The notes beneath the pieces were generated by a model that was not told the DNA's origin, made no database searches, and was given only the letters and a program-made list of their open reading frames with translations. Below are positions 35,104 through 44,400 of a DNA stretch of 50,643 nucleotides, piece by piece. This stretch comes from a virus (taxonomy: Duplodnaviria; Caudoviricetes): positions 1 through 50,643 of IMG/VR virus record IMGVR_UViG_3300037156_000076. One strand, written 5' to 3'. The translations under genes and the position numbers were made by a program. Every line of letters begins with the position of its first letter. The first letter of the stretch is position 1.

Positions 35104-35546
35104 TGACTGATATCAGCACAACCTGGATCGTAGAGACCGGGACCGGTGACTGGTCTATCAGTGGCGGGGCTTTGGCCAGCGGTGACGACTTGGCCACTGC
35201 CGTCCTGATCAGCTTATTTACTGATCGCCTGGCCGATGCCGACGATGTTCCGCCCGACGGCAGCAACGACCGCCGGGGCTGGTGGGGCGATGACGGCGAG
35301 GACGTACCGATTGGCTCGCGCCTGTGGTTGCTTGATCGCTCGCGCCTGGATGTGAATGTCGCCAACAATGCCCAGATCTACATGGGCGAGGCGCTGCAAT
35401 GGCTGATCGATGATGTCGTCGCAGCTGCCGTCAAGGTAACCACGGTTATTGCCGGTCAAAGCCAGCTGAATGCTTTAGTCAATATTTCCCGAAGCGACGG
35501 CACCGCGATCCCGCTCCAATTCAACTGGGTATGGCGTCAGAATTAG
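35103..35546 (+). CDS. Baseplate protein Mu gp46-like
   Basis: L.TAVLISLFTDRLA, RGWWGD, GSRLWLL.R and EALQWLIDD. Confidence 0.93.
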   Translation: MTDISTTWIVETGTGDWSISGGALASGDDLATAVLISLFTDRLADADDVPPDGSNDRRGWWGDDGEDVPIGSRLWLLDRSRLDVNVANNAQIYMGEALQWLIDDVVAAAVKVTTVIAGQSQLNALVNISRSDGTAIPLQFNWVWRQN

Positions 35547-35549
35547 TAT

Positions 35550-36131
35550 TCAATATTTGAATTTGAAATTTTCATTGGAGTCTTGAGCTTTCATCTCCTG
35601 CTCGATACAACTATTTAAAACTATATAGGAACCTTGGCTGGCCGTGCCTGCCAATGACTTGCAAGTGTCCTGCATCGTTTTAGGTATTTTCATCCACAAG
35701 GCTTTTACGTTGTTATAAGATATTTGTTCTTGCTGGTAACAGCTCTTACGAACAATTTCAGACGACGAGCTTAGCTGCTGGCAGGTAGCGGCTACATCAA
35801 ACCTTGGTACCGGCCTCAGTTCTGGCGCCTCGCCCGGAACACTCACGCAAAGCTGCCATTGCTTGTCGGATTCTGACTGAACCAGGCTTCTGTCGCCCCA
35901 GCACCAGCCCGAATCCTCTATAGATCGATCCAATATGTCTCTTTTTTTGCAAAATACTTCAGTTGCGGGCTCGTCGCCTCTTCCGTCCCTACATTTGTCG
36001 TTCAGCTCTTCTGCTTGAATAACAATTGGCTCTATTTGCGCCCGGGTAGCAATCGTGCTTGGAGCCGCAGTCGCCTGCAAAGAAATTAATAATAGGGCAG
36101 ACAGAAATGATGATGCTTTCATGTTGGGCAT
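35550..36131 (-). CDS. Secreted Cys-rich moron protein
   Basis: Signal peptide MKASSFLSALLLISLQATA-A, 8 Cys, AT-rich, opposite strand to the tail operon. Confidence 0.75.
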   Translation of the reverse strand: MPNMKASSFLSALLLISLQATAAPSTIATRAQIEPIVIQAEELNDKCRDGRGDEPATEVFCKKRDILDRSIEDSGWCWGDRSLVQSESDKQWQLCVSVPGEAPELRPVPRFDVAATCQQLSSSSEIVRKSCYQQEQISYNNVKALWMKIPKTMQDTCKSLAGTASQGSYIVLNSCIEQEMKAQDSNENFKFKY

Positions 36132-36527
36132 TTAATCCTTTATTTTTGAGCTGGACGCCTTCCGTCCAGAGTCAGCTTCGGAGACCTGTACCGCTCTAGC
36201 TGTCGCGTGACGGAGGTGTTTCGCCGTCATTTGCTCATGCTGCAGCTCCAGTTGCTCCATCGGGCTTAGCCTCGACTGGCCTAGCAGGTCTCTGATCTTA
36301 TCAACGGTTTCTAGGTACATCCTAGACAAGACCTGCACGGCTGCATCCGTCTCACTAACTGGGATTTTATTGTTCTCGTCTGCAAAGCTTTCTTCTAGGC
36401 GAGCGTGAATCTCCGCGTTGATTGAGCGACGGTTCTTCTCAGCAGCAGCTTCAATTTTCGCCTTAAGCTCGGGCTGCATGCGAAGGCCGAAGGGGTTGAT
36501 GTTGCGCATTGGTTCTTCATTTTTCAT
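36132..36527 (-). CDS. Arc/Mnt-family repressor
   Basis: PFGLRMQPELKAKIEAAAEKNRRSINAEIHARLEESF. Confidence 0.92.
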   Translation of the reverse strand: MKNEEPMRNINPFGLRMQPELKAKIEAAAEKNRRSINAEIHARLEESFADENNKIPVSETDAAVQVLSRMYLETVDKIRDLLGQSRLSPMEQLELQHEQMTAKHLRHATARAVQVSEADSGRKASSSKIKD

Positions 36528-36529
36528 AG

Positions 36530-36595
36530 CTACACACTGTAACTATAAAATCAGTTGACGCGTAGACACACCGTGTTATCGTTACACCGTGAAAT
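36530..36595. promoter_or_regulatory. Divergent promoter/operator of the arc-antirepressor module
   Basis: TTGACG (36555) and TATCGT (36577). ACACCGTG repeated at 36568 and 36584. Confidence 0.6.
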
Positions 36596-36611
36596 CATCA
36601 AGGAGGAATGT

Positions 36612-36782
36612 ATGAAAACGAGAGGAATCAACCCGTTTGGCCTGCGGTTGCAGCCAGACCTTAAAGACGCCGCGAAAGCGGAGGCCAAGAAGCACCATCA
36701 CAGCCTGAATGTCGAGCTGAGTCTTTTGATAGAGGATGGATTCAAGTGGCGAGATCAGCAAATCAAGCAGGCGAGAGCCTGA
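36612..36782 (+). CDS. Arc-family DNA-binding protein
   Basis: AGGAGG RBS. NPFGLRLQPDLKDAAKAEAKKHHHSLNVEL. Confidence 0.88.
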   Translation: MKTRGINPFGLRLQPDLKDAAKAEAKKHHHSLNVELSLLIEDGFKWRDQQIKQARA

Positions 36783-36850
36783 AACGAAGAAACCCCGGCT
36801 TGCAGGCCAGGGTTTCAGGTAACGAAGTATCTTCTGAGGAAAACAACGTC

Positions 36851-37687
36851 ATGCCGAATAATAGCACAGCAGTTTCGAATGTCATCCCGTTCGATTTTCG
36901 GGGCCATAACATTCGCGCCGTGACGATCGATGGGGAGCCGTGGTTTGTCGCGGCGGATGCGTGCAAAGTCCTCGGGCAGAGCAACACCACGAAAGCCCTG
37001 TATTCATTGGACGATGATGAACGGTCTAACTTTAAGTTAGGGCGTCAGGGTGTGGTAAACATCATCAACGAGTCAGGTCTGTATACCCTGATTCTGCGCT
37101 GCGATGACGCAATCAAAAATGGCAGCCAGGCGCACGCCTTTCGCAAGTGGGTCACTGCCGAAGTCCTCCCGACGATCCGCAAGCATGGCCGCTACGAGGA
37201 TCACTCCAACAAGATGTCGACCCTGGTCGATGACGTCATCGGCGTCAGCGGTACCAATCTCATCAACGGCGTTATCGCCCAAAAGGTGATAATTCTTCCT
37301 GTCGGGATTCAACGCCAGGCCAAGCACAAGCTTCACGCGATTCTGCATACCCGCTTCAATGTTCCACGCACCGAGCTGATTCCGGCTGACAAGTTGGATG
37401 CGGCATGCGCTTATCTGGCCGCATACGTACTGGAGGGGGAGTGGATCGGCAAAGAAGAAGACGTCGAAACTTTTTCCAACCCAAAACCTTTTCAGCGGTG
37501 GCTCGTGAGCTTTGACTACAAGGGTGAGAGGCAGGTCAAGGAGGTCCCTGTAGATGCATGCGTGATGTCTATCTCAGAGTTTCTAAAGCAGATTATTGCG
37601 CCTAATGGTCTGGCTTTGAATCAAGCCGAAGTGTTCGATTTTGCAATTGCAGCAATGCAGCGCCTAAAGGCCCGATCTGCTGCTTAG
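36851..37687 (+). CDS. Bro-N domain antirepressor
   Basis: FDFRGHNIRAVTIDGEPWFVAADAC, INESGLYTLILR and FRKWVTAEVLPTIRKHG. Confidence 0.92.
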   Translation: MPNNSTAVSNVIPFDFRGHNIRAVTIDGEPWFVAADACKVLGQSNTTKALYSLDDDERSNFKLGRQGVVNIINESGLYTLILRCDDAIKNGSQAHAFRKWVTAEVLPTIRKHGRYEDHSNKMSTLVDDVIGVSGTNLINGVIAQKVIILPVGIQRQAKHKLHAILHTRFNVPRTELIPADKLDAACAYLAAYVLEGEWIGKEEDVETFSNPKPFQRWLVSFDYKGERQVKEVPVDACVMSISEFLKQIIAPNGLALNQAEVFDFAIAAMQRLKARSAA

Positions 37688-37708
37688 GTCGGCCTAACGA
37701 TCAACAAG

Positions 37709-37733
37709 ACCCGCCAAGTGCGGGTTTTTTATT
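37709..37733 (+). terminator. Terminator after the antirepressor
   Basis: ACCCGC-CAAGT-GCGGGT followed by a T-tract. Confidence 0.75.
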
Positions 37734-37751
37734 GCCTGGAGTTTATCCGTC

Positions 37752-38879
37752 ATGCCATTTACGAGGCCTACGCTCTCGGACCTGCGATCGCGGGTCGCTG
37801 CTGATATTACGTCCGGTCTGCCTACCGCTGACGGCCTGCTTCGATTTTCCAACCTGACGATTTTGGGGAAGGCGCTGGCCGGCTTGGACCACCTGAATTA
37901 TGGATATCTGGATTGGATAGCAAAGCAGGGCACGCCATTCACGTCCTCCGGCGAGTTCTTGCAAGGCTGGGCTGCGCTCAAAAAAGTCTACCCGAAGGCT
38001 GCGAGTCAGGCTGGCGGTGCTGTCACGTTCCCTGCAACCGCTGGGGCGATAATCAATGCTGGCACTGAGGTAGTTCGGGCGGATTCGGCCACGTTCACCG
38101 TGCAGGCGACGGTCACCACTGGAGCGGGCGGAACCGTTGCGGTGACCGTGACGGCAGACATCGCGGGGGATGCGGGCAATACGCCGGTTGGCAGTCTGAT
38201 GACCTTAGGGTCATCGATTGCGGGGATTCAATCGAGCGGGGCGGTGACCTCGGTCATCACCGGTGGCGCGGACCAGGAGCAGGACGATTCCCTGTTTGCG
38301 CGAATGCTCTCGGCTTACCAGAGCACGCCCAATGGTGGCTCCCAAAACGACTACGAGACCTGGGCCTTGGCCGTGCCCGGCGTCACTAGAGCCTGGTGTT
38401 CGCCGAATAGTTTCGGCGCGGGCACGGTCGTCATGTATGTGATGTTCGACGAGGCCAATGCTGCATACCAGGGCTTCCCGCAAGGAACGAACGGCATATC
38501 TGCCAGCGACAACCGCGTCACCTCCGCGAACTTGGCGGTCGGCGATCAACTCACCGTCGCCAATAGCATCTTCGTCGAGCAGCCCGTGACGGCGATGGCC
38601 TATGTCTGCGCACCGATAGCGACCCCGGCCAATTTCACGATCACCGGTCTCACCGGCGCCTCGACTACGACGCGCGCCGCCATTGCCGCTGCAATTACGG
38701 ACGTATTACTGACGCAGGGCGCACCGCTCTCTGACGGATCGTTTGTCTCGCTGTCGGACATCGATTCGGCAATCTCCGCGATCGCTTCAACGAAAGGGTT
38801 CGTGATCACGTCCCCGGTGGCGAACATCACCAACACCTTGGGCCATTTGCCGACTCTGGGCGTCATCACGTATGGGTGA
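37752..38879 (+). CDS. Baseplate J / Mu gp47-like protein
   Basis: MPFTRPTL, YGYLDWIAKQ, GGADQE and DY..WALAVPGVTRAW. Confidence 0.94.
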   Translation: MPFTRPTLSDLRSRVAADITSGLPTADGLLRFSNLTILGKALAGLDHLNYGYLDWIAKQGTPFTSSGEFLQGWAALKKVYPKAASQAGGAVTFPATAGAIINAGTEVVRADSATFTVQATVTTGAGGTVAVTVTADIAGDAGNTPVGSLMTLGSSIAGIQSSGAVTSVITGGADQEQDDSLFARMLSAYQSTPNGGSQNDYETWALAVPGVTRAWCSPNSFGAGTVVMYVMFDEANAAYQGFPQGTNGISASDNRVTSANLAVGDQLTVANSIFVEQPVTAMAYVCAPIATPANFTITGLTGASTTTRAAIAAAITDVLLTQGAPLSDGSFVSLSDIDSAISAIASTKGFVITSPVANITNTLGHLPTLGVITYG

Positions 38880-38886
38880 GGTCTCC

Positions 38887-39483
38887 ATGTCCAAGTATTC
38901 GTTTTCCAGTGCCGATTTCACGTCTGCACTGCTTGGCTTGCTTCCCCGTGGTCGCGTTTGGCCCAAAGAAATGTCGAGTGTCCAGGCTCAGGCAGTTTCC
39001 TGTTTTGCCCCGACGTTCCAGCGATTGAGCGATGCAGGTTTAGGCCTGCTGACGGACATGTTCCCGTCGACCACGATCAATTTTTTGACCGAGTGGGAAG
39101 CAACTCTGGGGCTGCCAGATCCCTGCGCCGGCATGTCTCCCACATTCCAGGGGCGGCGCAACCAGGTTGTGGCGCGCTTTACCAACACCGGCGGACAGTC
39201 GATTCAGTTCTTTATCGCGTACGCGCTGGGCCTTGGCTATGCCGTGACCATTACGCAATACGCACCATTCCGCTGCGGGCAAAGCGCCTGCGGTCAGCAA
39301 CTCGGTGGCGCCGACTGGTTCTTCACCTGGTCCATCAACACCCAGCTCAACACCGTCAACTATTTCCGGGCAGGACAATCAGTTGCCGGCGAGCCACTGT
39401 CGTCTTGGGGCAACAAAGTTATCGAGTGCGAGTTATCCGAAGCCAAACCGGCACACACCATCTTGCAGTTCCATTATTCGTGA
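38887..39483 (+). CDS. YmfQ / Mu gp48-like baseplate protein
   Basis: LLPRGRVW, EWEATLGLPD.C, GGQSIQFF and KPAHT. Confidence 0.92.
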   Translation: MSKYSFSSADFTSALLGLLPRGRVWPKEMSSVQAQAVSCFAPTFQRLSDAGLGLLTDMFPSTTINFLTEWEATLGLPDPCAGMSPTFQGRRNQVVARFTNTGGQSIQFFIAYALGLGYAVTITQYAPFRCGQSACGQQLGGADWFFTWSINTQLNTVNYFRAGQSVAGEPLSSWGNKVIECELSEAKPAHTILQFHYS

Positions 39484-39491
39484 GGCCCTAG

Positions 39492-41465
39492 ATGTATCAA
39501 ATTGATAACTCGTCCGTAGCGCCGCTACTCCCGGCCAGCACCTCGCTGGGTACTGTGGGGTTCTTCACAGACGGCAACCCTGCCACGGGTACGGCACCGA
39601 CCATTGTTCCCGCTGAATTCTTGAATATGCTCATGCTCGAGGTGCTGGGCGTGCTCAGTGCTGCAGGCGTGACACCGTCTAAAACGGACTTCACGCAGCT
39701 CGCAACCGCCATTCGCGGTGTCAATCGACAGGCCGTCATTCTCACAGATACCGGCACCGCCGGTGCCTATGCAGCAGTTAACTCTCCTGCACTTACCGCG
39801 CTACCTACCACCGGTTACGCTCAGTGGGTCAATATCTCGCATCCAAACCCGGGGGCGGCTACTTACTCGCCGGATGGTCTGGCCGCAAAACCGATCTACG
39901 GCCTGGGCCTGCAAGCACTGCAAGGTGGTGAATTGCCCGTCGGCATCGCCGTGCTGCGCTATCTAGTCCAAGCGGGGGTAAACGGCGGTAACGGTGCCTG
40001 GATCATTACCGAGTCACTGGGCGGGGCCGTCCAGGTCGCACCCGGCACAGCTCCAAGCCATGCCGCCACTATTGCCCAGCTGCAATCCGGCAGCCCGAGT
40101 TTTGCCGTCGATACGGGAGTTGCCAATGCGTACGTGTGTGCATTCACGCCAGCGCTCACGGCTCGCAGTGAATCGGTCCTGCTCCGCGTAAAGGTAAAAA
40201 CAACCAATACAACGGCATGCACCATCAACGATGGTCTCGGCGTAGTTCCTCTTGTCGGCGGGGCGCACGCTGGCTTGCAGGGTGGCGAGATGTTCGCCAC
40301 TGGTGATGCGTTTATCTGCTGGAACGCAAGCGTGGGTACTGGCTCGTACGTCCTGCTGTTTTGCACTGGCGCACCCGAACAAGTAGCCCCGGCAACTCAG
40401 GGCCAACAAGCCGTCAACGCCGGCCAAATCCAGACCCAAAGCCTGACCGCATTTACATCAACCGGGACCGCCCCGGCATTCATCCTGACTCCGGTACCGG
40501 CGATCACTGCATACGCTGCTGCCCAATGCTTCCAAGTGACGTTCAGCGCGGCTGGAGGTGCTACTCCGACGCTCAATGTGTCCGGGGCTGGGGCGAAAAA
40601 CCTCAAGCAGTACGACTCGGGCGGCAACAAGGTTTCGGCAGTTATTACTTCCGGGAAAGTATCTGATGTCGTTTATGACGGAACTGATTTTGTTGTGCTT
40701 GATCAGCTTCCATCCAGTAACGTTATTGGTATCCAGGGTAGTACGAAAAACTTAGCAGTTAGCACGACTGCGGCTAGCTCGGTTGTGAACTGTGTTGCGG
40801 ACGAAATTATTGTAGAAAGTTCTTCTAATACATATCAAGTTTTGCGCGCAGTTAGTTTGTCTCCGAATTTAACTACAGCAGGGGCTAACGGTCTTGATAC
40901 TGGTTCGCTTGCGGCTTCTACTTGGTATAGCGTATGGGTTATTTGGAACGGAACGACCGTGGCTGGGCTTTTCTCGCTAAGCCAGACCGCACCAACGATG
41001 CCATCTGGATACACGCACAAAGCCAGAGTAGGATGGGTTCGAACTGACGGTACGGCAAACAAATATCCGCTGGTCATCAACCAGCGTGGGCGTAGCGTCC
41101 GCTATATCGTGGCTGCAGGGTCTAATGTGGCGACACTGCTCTCCATGGCAGCTGGCACAGCTGGAAATCCAGCGACGCCGACATACGCTGCGGTGTCCGC
41201 TGGCTTGGCTGTGCCGCCCACTGCAACTCGCATAATCGGAACAATCACAAACCCTGGCAACAACTACGTGGCTGTGGCGCCCAATGGATCATACGGTGTT
41301 CCGGGAAGTGCAACAAACCCGCCACCTGTCACGATTTATACAGTGTCTGGCAATGGGTCGTTTACTTCTCAGTTTGATTTATTGCTTGAGTCGACGAATA
41401 TTTACTGGGTATCTAATTCTTCCAGCGGGTTGCTGCTGTGCATGGGGTGGGAGGATAACGTATGA
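39492..41465 (+). CDS. Tail fibre protein
   Basis: MYQID...GFFTDGNPATG...FLNML..E..V...G.TP.K....QL..AI baseplate-attachment N-terminus, plus internal repeated modules. Confidence 0.9.
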   Translation: MYQIDNSSVAPLLPASTSLGTVGFFTDGNPATGTAPTIVPAEFLNMLMLEVLGVLSAAGVTPSKTDFTQLATAIRGVNRQAVILTDTGTAGAYAAVNSPALTALPTTGYAQWVNISHPNPGAATYSPDGLAAKPIYGLGLQALQGGELPVGIAVLRYLVQAGVNGGNGAWIITESLGGAVQVAPGTAPSHAATIAQLQSGSPSFAVDTGVANAYVCAFTPALTARSESVLLRVKVKTTNTTACTINDGLGVVPLVGGAHAGLQGGEMFATGDAFICWNASVGTGSYVLLFCTGAPEQVAPATQGQQAVNAGQIQTQSLTAFTSTGTAPAFILTPVPAITAYAAAQCFQVTFSAAGGATPTLNVSGAGAKNLKQYDSGGNKVSAVITSGKVSDVVYDGTDFVVLDQLPSSNVIGIQGSTKNLAVSTTAASSVVNCVADEIIVESSSNTYQVLRAVSLSPNLTTAGANGLDTGSLAASTWYSVWVIWNGTTVAGLFSLSQTAPTMPSGYTHKARVGWVRTDGTANKYPLVINQRGRSVRYIVAAGSNVATLLSMAAGTAGNPATPTYAAVSAGLAVPPTATRIIGTITNPGNNYVAVAPNGSYGVPGSATNPPPVTIYTVSGNGSFTSQFDLLLESTNIYWVSNSSSGLLLCMGWEDNV

Positions 41466-41899
41466 GTGGTTATGCAGTTAGAAAAGATCTGTCTGGATGG
41501 CGCTGTATAGACGGCCCCGATGGCGTGATCGAGGGGGAGTACTACATGGATGTTTCAGACGGATTTCCGCCCGCTCCCGTTCCTGTTCAGCCGACGCCGA
41601 CTGAGCTTATTGCAGCGCTGAAAGTGTCGGTCCAGCAATGGCTCGATACAACGGCGCAGGCCAGCGGTTATGACTCGCTTGCTTCATGCGCTTCGTACAT
41701 CAGCAGCAGCGTGACGGCATGGGCGAGTGACGCCAAGGCGGCCATTGCTTGGCGTGACGCAGTGTGGCAGGCGTGCTTCACGCAAATGAGTGCGGCGCAG
41801 GGGGCGACAAGCCCTGCCATTCCGACTGCTACGGCATTGATTGCAGCGCTGCCTCAGCCAGCGACCTTTGGCTGGTCTGCGCATGCGGCGGGGGCTTGA
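41462..41899 (+). CDS. Tail fibre assembly/chaperone protein
   Basis: VQQWLDTTAQASGYDSL..C.SY...WRDAVW family. Follows the fibre gene. Confidence 0.8.
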   Translation: MSGYAVRKDLSGWRCIDGPDGVIEGEYYMDVSDGFPPAPVPVQPTPTELIAALKVSVQQWLDTTAQASGYDSLASCASYISSSVTAWASDAKAAIAWRDAVWQACFTQMSAAQGATSPAIPTATALIAALPQPATFGWSAHAAGA

Positions 41900-41901
41900 T
41901 C

Positions 41902-42150
41902 ATGGGTAAAATCAAACGATTCGCACTGAACCTGCTGGTCTGGCTGGACGAGGGCGGCAACACGCTACTTATGGGCGATCCGGGCGAGACGATCAGCTCG
42001 CGCTCGGCAAAGGCTCAGGCCGCTGGTCGGCGCTGGGGCTGTGTGATGTGCCGATTTCTCGGTTGGTTTCAGAAAGACCACTGCCAGAAAGCACTGGAGC
42101 CCTATGCCGGTGCTGATGCCGTGATTCCTGACAATCAAGCCGCGAAGTAG
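41902..42150 (+). CDS. Small phage protein next to the endolysin (N.LL.GDP.ETISSR family)
   Basis: Recurrent motif pattern LD..GNT...GDPGETISSR...C..L......HC. Confidence 0.75.
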   Translation: MGKIKRFALNLLVWLDEGGNTLLMGDPGETISSRSAKAQAAGRRWGCVMCRFLGWFQKDHCQKALEPYAGADAVIPDNQAAK

Positions 42151-42170
42151 CAATACCCTGACCGCCACCA

Positions 42171-42191
42171 GCCGCCTTGAGCGGTTTTTTT
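42171..42191 (+). terminator. Terminator-like hairpin before the endolysin gene
   Basis: GCCGC-CTTGA-GCGGT followed by a T-run. Confidence 0.55.
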
Positions 42192-42207
42192 ACGCCCGGA
42201 GAAAAGT

Positions 42208-42723
42208 ATGCGCACATCACAAAACGGCATCGCGGTGCTGAAGCATTTCGAAAGTTGCTCGCTGACGGCGTATCCAGATCCCGGCAGCGGCGGCGCGCCA
42301 TGGACAATTGGCTGGGGGCATACCGGGCCAGAAGTCGTGCCAGGGCTGAGCTGGACGCAGGATCAGGCCGCCGAGCAGCTAGTTACTGATCTTGCAGTAC
42401 GCGAAAAAACCATTTCCAGCTCGGTCACTGCACAAATCACACAGGGCCAGTTCGATGCGCTGGTATCGTTTCTGTACAACGTAGGGCCGGGAAAGGCGGG
42501 CGCAAAGGATGGCTTGCTGATGCTAAAGAATGGCAACCCTTCTAGCCTATTGCGCCTGACTAATGCCGGTGATGTCGCCGGCGCCGATGAGCAGTTCCAG
42601 TTTTGGAACAAGGCAAGCGGAGTCCCTATGCGCGGCCTGACGCGGCGTCGTGCTGCCGAGGCTGCGCTATTCACTGGCAGCAATGGTGCTGATGCGATTG
42701 CGACGGGAGTGGCAGCAGCATGA
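42208..42723 (+). CDS. Endolysin, GH24 lysozyme
   Basis: FESCSLTAYPDPGSGGAPWTIGWGHT (E-D-T triad), QFDALVSF.YNVG and GLTRRRAAEAALF. Confidence 0.95.
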   Translation: MRTSQNGIAVLKHFESCSLTAYPDPGSGGAPWTIGWGHTGPEVVPGLSWTQDQAAEQLVTDLAVREKTISSSVTAQITQGQFDALVSFLYNVGPGKAGAKDGLLMLKNGNPSSLLRLTNAGDVAGADEQFQFWNKASGVPMRGLTRRRAAEAALFTGSNGADAIATGVAAA

Positions 42724-43283
42724 GTTCACTCTATCTAAAGGCTGGCGGCTTCCTGCTGGCCGTCCTGCTGATCTTCGGCGCGCTGTACGGCGCCTATCAC
42801 CACGGCGAGACCGTCAAGGATGCCGAGTGGCAAGCGACTTGGAACGCAGAAGTGGCGAGACAGGCCGAAGCCAAAACCAAGGCCGAGACTGCCGCTGCCG
42901 CCGAAGAACTCCGACGAATCAACTCCAATCAACAGGCCCAAGCCCATGCGATCCAATCTACCGTTGTCGCTCAAACTGATGCTGCTGCCGTTACTGTTTC
43001 TTCTGGCAGCGTGCAGCTCGCAGCCGCAAAACTGGCAGCCGGACCAAGTGCCTGCGCCGGCCATTCCGCCACTGCCGCTGGAAGCCCGCCAACCAATCAT
43101 GCCGCAATGGTGCTATCCGACTTGCTCACGCGCGCTGACAAACGAGCAGCAGACTTGGCTGCCCTTGCTGACAAATCCAGAATAGCGGGGCTGGCTTGCG
43201 AGGCGTCTTATGATGGCTTGGCGCCAAATCAGGGCTCGCCTCAAAAAGCACAAAATCTAGGTGAAAATGCGCTTAACGAATAA
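42720..43283 (+). CDS. Rz-like inner-membrane spanin (DUF2514-like)
   Basis: N-terminal TM, coiled coil and AD.SRIAGLACE.SYD. Confidence 0.88.
   Translation: MSSLYLKAGGFLLAVLLIFGALYGAYHHGETVKDAEWQATWNAEVARQAEAKTKAETAAAAEELRRINSNQQAQAHAIQSTVVAQTDAAAVTVSSGSVQLAAAKLAAGPSACAGHSATAAGSPPTNHAAMVLSDLLTRADKRAADLAALADKSRIAGLACEASYDGLAPNQGSPQKAQNLGENALNE
42946..43185 (+). CDS. Rz1-like outer-membrane lipoprotein spanin embedded in Rz (+1 frame)
   Basis: MRSNLPLSLKLMLLPLLFLLAAC lipobox with a Pro-rich mature part. Confidence 0.85.
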   Translation: MRSNLPLSLKLMLLPLLFLLAACSSQPQNWQPDQVPAPAIPPLPLEARQPIMPQWCYPTCSRALTNEQQTWLPLLTNPE

Positions 43284-43367
43284 TCACGGTTTCAGCGCCT
43301 ACATTCGTGGTCGAAAAAATTAGCATGCCCTCATTTTATGTAGAAAAAACAGAATAGGCACGCTGCT

Positions 43368-43483
43368 GGTTGACAAATCTGACAGAAATTGAAATTTGGT
43401 TGACATAGCCTTTGTCAACCAATCTTGCTGATTCGTAGGTTTTGTCAACCAGACATCATTGCTGATTCGCCTATCTGTCAACC
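43368..43483. other. Putative attP / recombination site
   Basis: GGTTGACA at 43368 and 43398, TGTCAACC at 43413, 43443 and 43476. Central 8-7-8 palindrome. AT-rich and adjacent to the integrase 3' end. Confidence 0.6.
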
Positions 43484-43568
43484 TGCGCAGAATCGCAGGC
43501 TGGGGGATTGGCGCATAAAAAGGAGGGGATTGTGTTCGGTCGGCAGGACGCCGGGGGAGGTCGGGCCG

Positions 43569-44400
43569 CTAGGCCCCTTCTTGGTCTTTCGTAACCAGAT
43601 CTGCCCAGTCTTGCATCATCGCTCTTCGATGATCCAGGTAGTTCGCGTGGTTATAGATGTCGCGGATGGTGCTTTTGTCGCCGTGGGCAAGTTGGCGCTC
43701 AACCCAGTCCCGATTATATTCACGCCCGTTCATCTCGGTTGAGAACATATGTCGGAAGCCGTGCGGGGATTGCTTGCCGGTTAGACCGCAAAGTTCCAGA
43801 ACGCCAACGGCATAATTAATGCCGATCGGGCGAGCGGTGTCATTCCGGTTAGGGAAGACATACCGATTCCCTCCAGATATTGGCAGCATGGTTTTCAGCA
43901 ATTCAACTGCCTGCGTTGGCAGCGGGATCATATGCTCGCGGCGCATCTTCATCTTGGCTGCGGGAATCGTCCATGTTGCTGATTCTAGATCGATCTCCGA
44001 CCACTCGGCCTTTCTTACCTCTGCCGGGCGCGCGACGGAATAGATCACCATCATGGTCGCGACCTTGTGCGGATGGCCCGACTCGCAATCCCAGATCATT
44101 TTAATGATGCTCGGCATTTGTTCGAAGCTCAGAAACGGTCGATGCTTGTGCGGCTCCATCTTTGTCGTAACGGTATTCATGTGCACTGTGGGGTCGTTTT
44201 CAACTATCCCGCTGGCGATGGCGTACCGGAAAACCTGACTAATCCACTGCCTACCCTTTACTGCCTGGGTAATCGCACCGCGGCGCTCAATCTTGCGTAT
44301 CAGGCTGATGATGTCGGCACGCTTGATGGCGTCGATCTGTCGAGCACCGAGGGCCGGAAGAGCATCAAGATCCATCGCATTGCTGATTATCTTGAATGTC
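43569..44400 (-). pseudogene. int: Tyrosine integrase (P4-like), N-terminally truncated, catalytic domain intact
   Basis: R(ARPAE)-K(KMK)-HGFR-H(LAHG)-Y(DIYN) all present. Integrase-like sequence begins only near KIISNAMDLDALP and the arm-binding domain is missing. Confidence 0.8.

Noticed and set aside
39492-41899. Diversity-generating retroelement or invertible tail-fibre system
   Set aside because: No reverse transcriptase, template repeat, invertase or inverted fibre copy seen in the window.
43368-43483. Mini CRISPR array
   Set aside because: Repeats are only 8-11 bp and in both orientations, and no cas genes are present. Fits a recombination site better.
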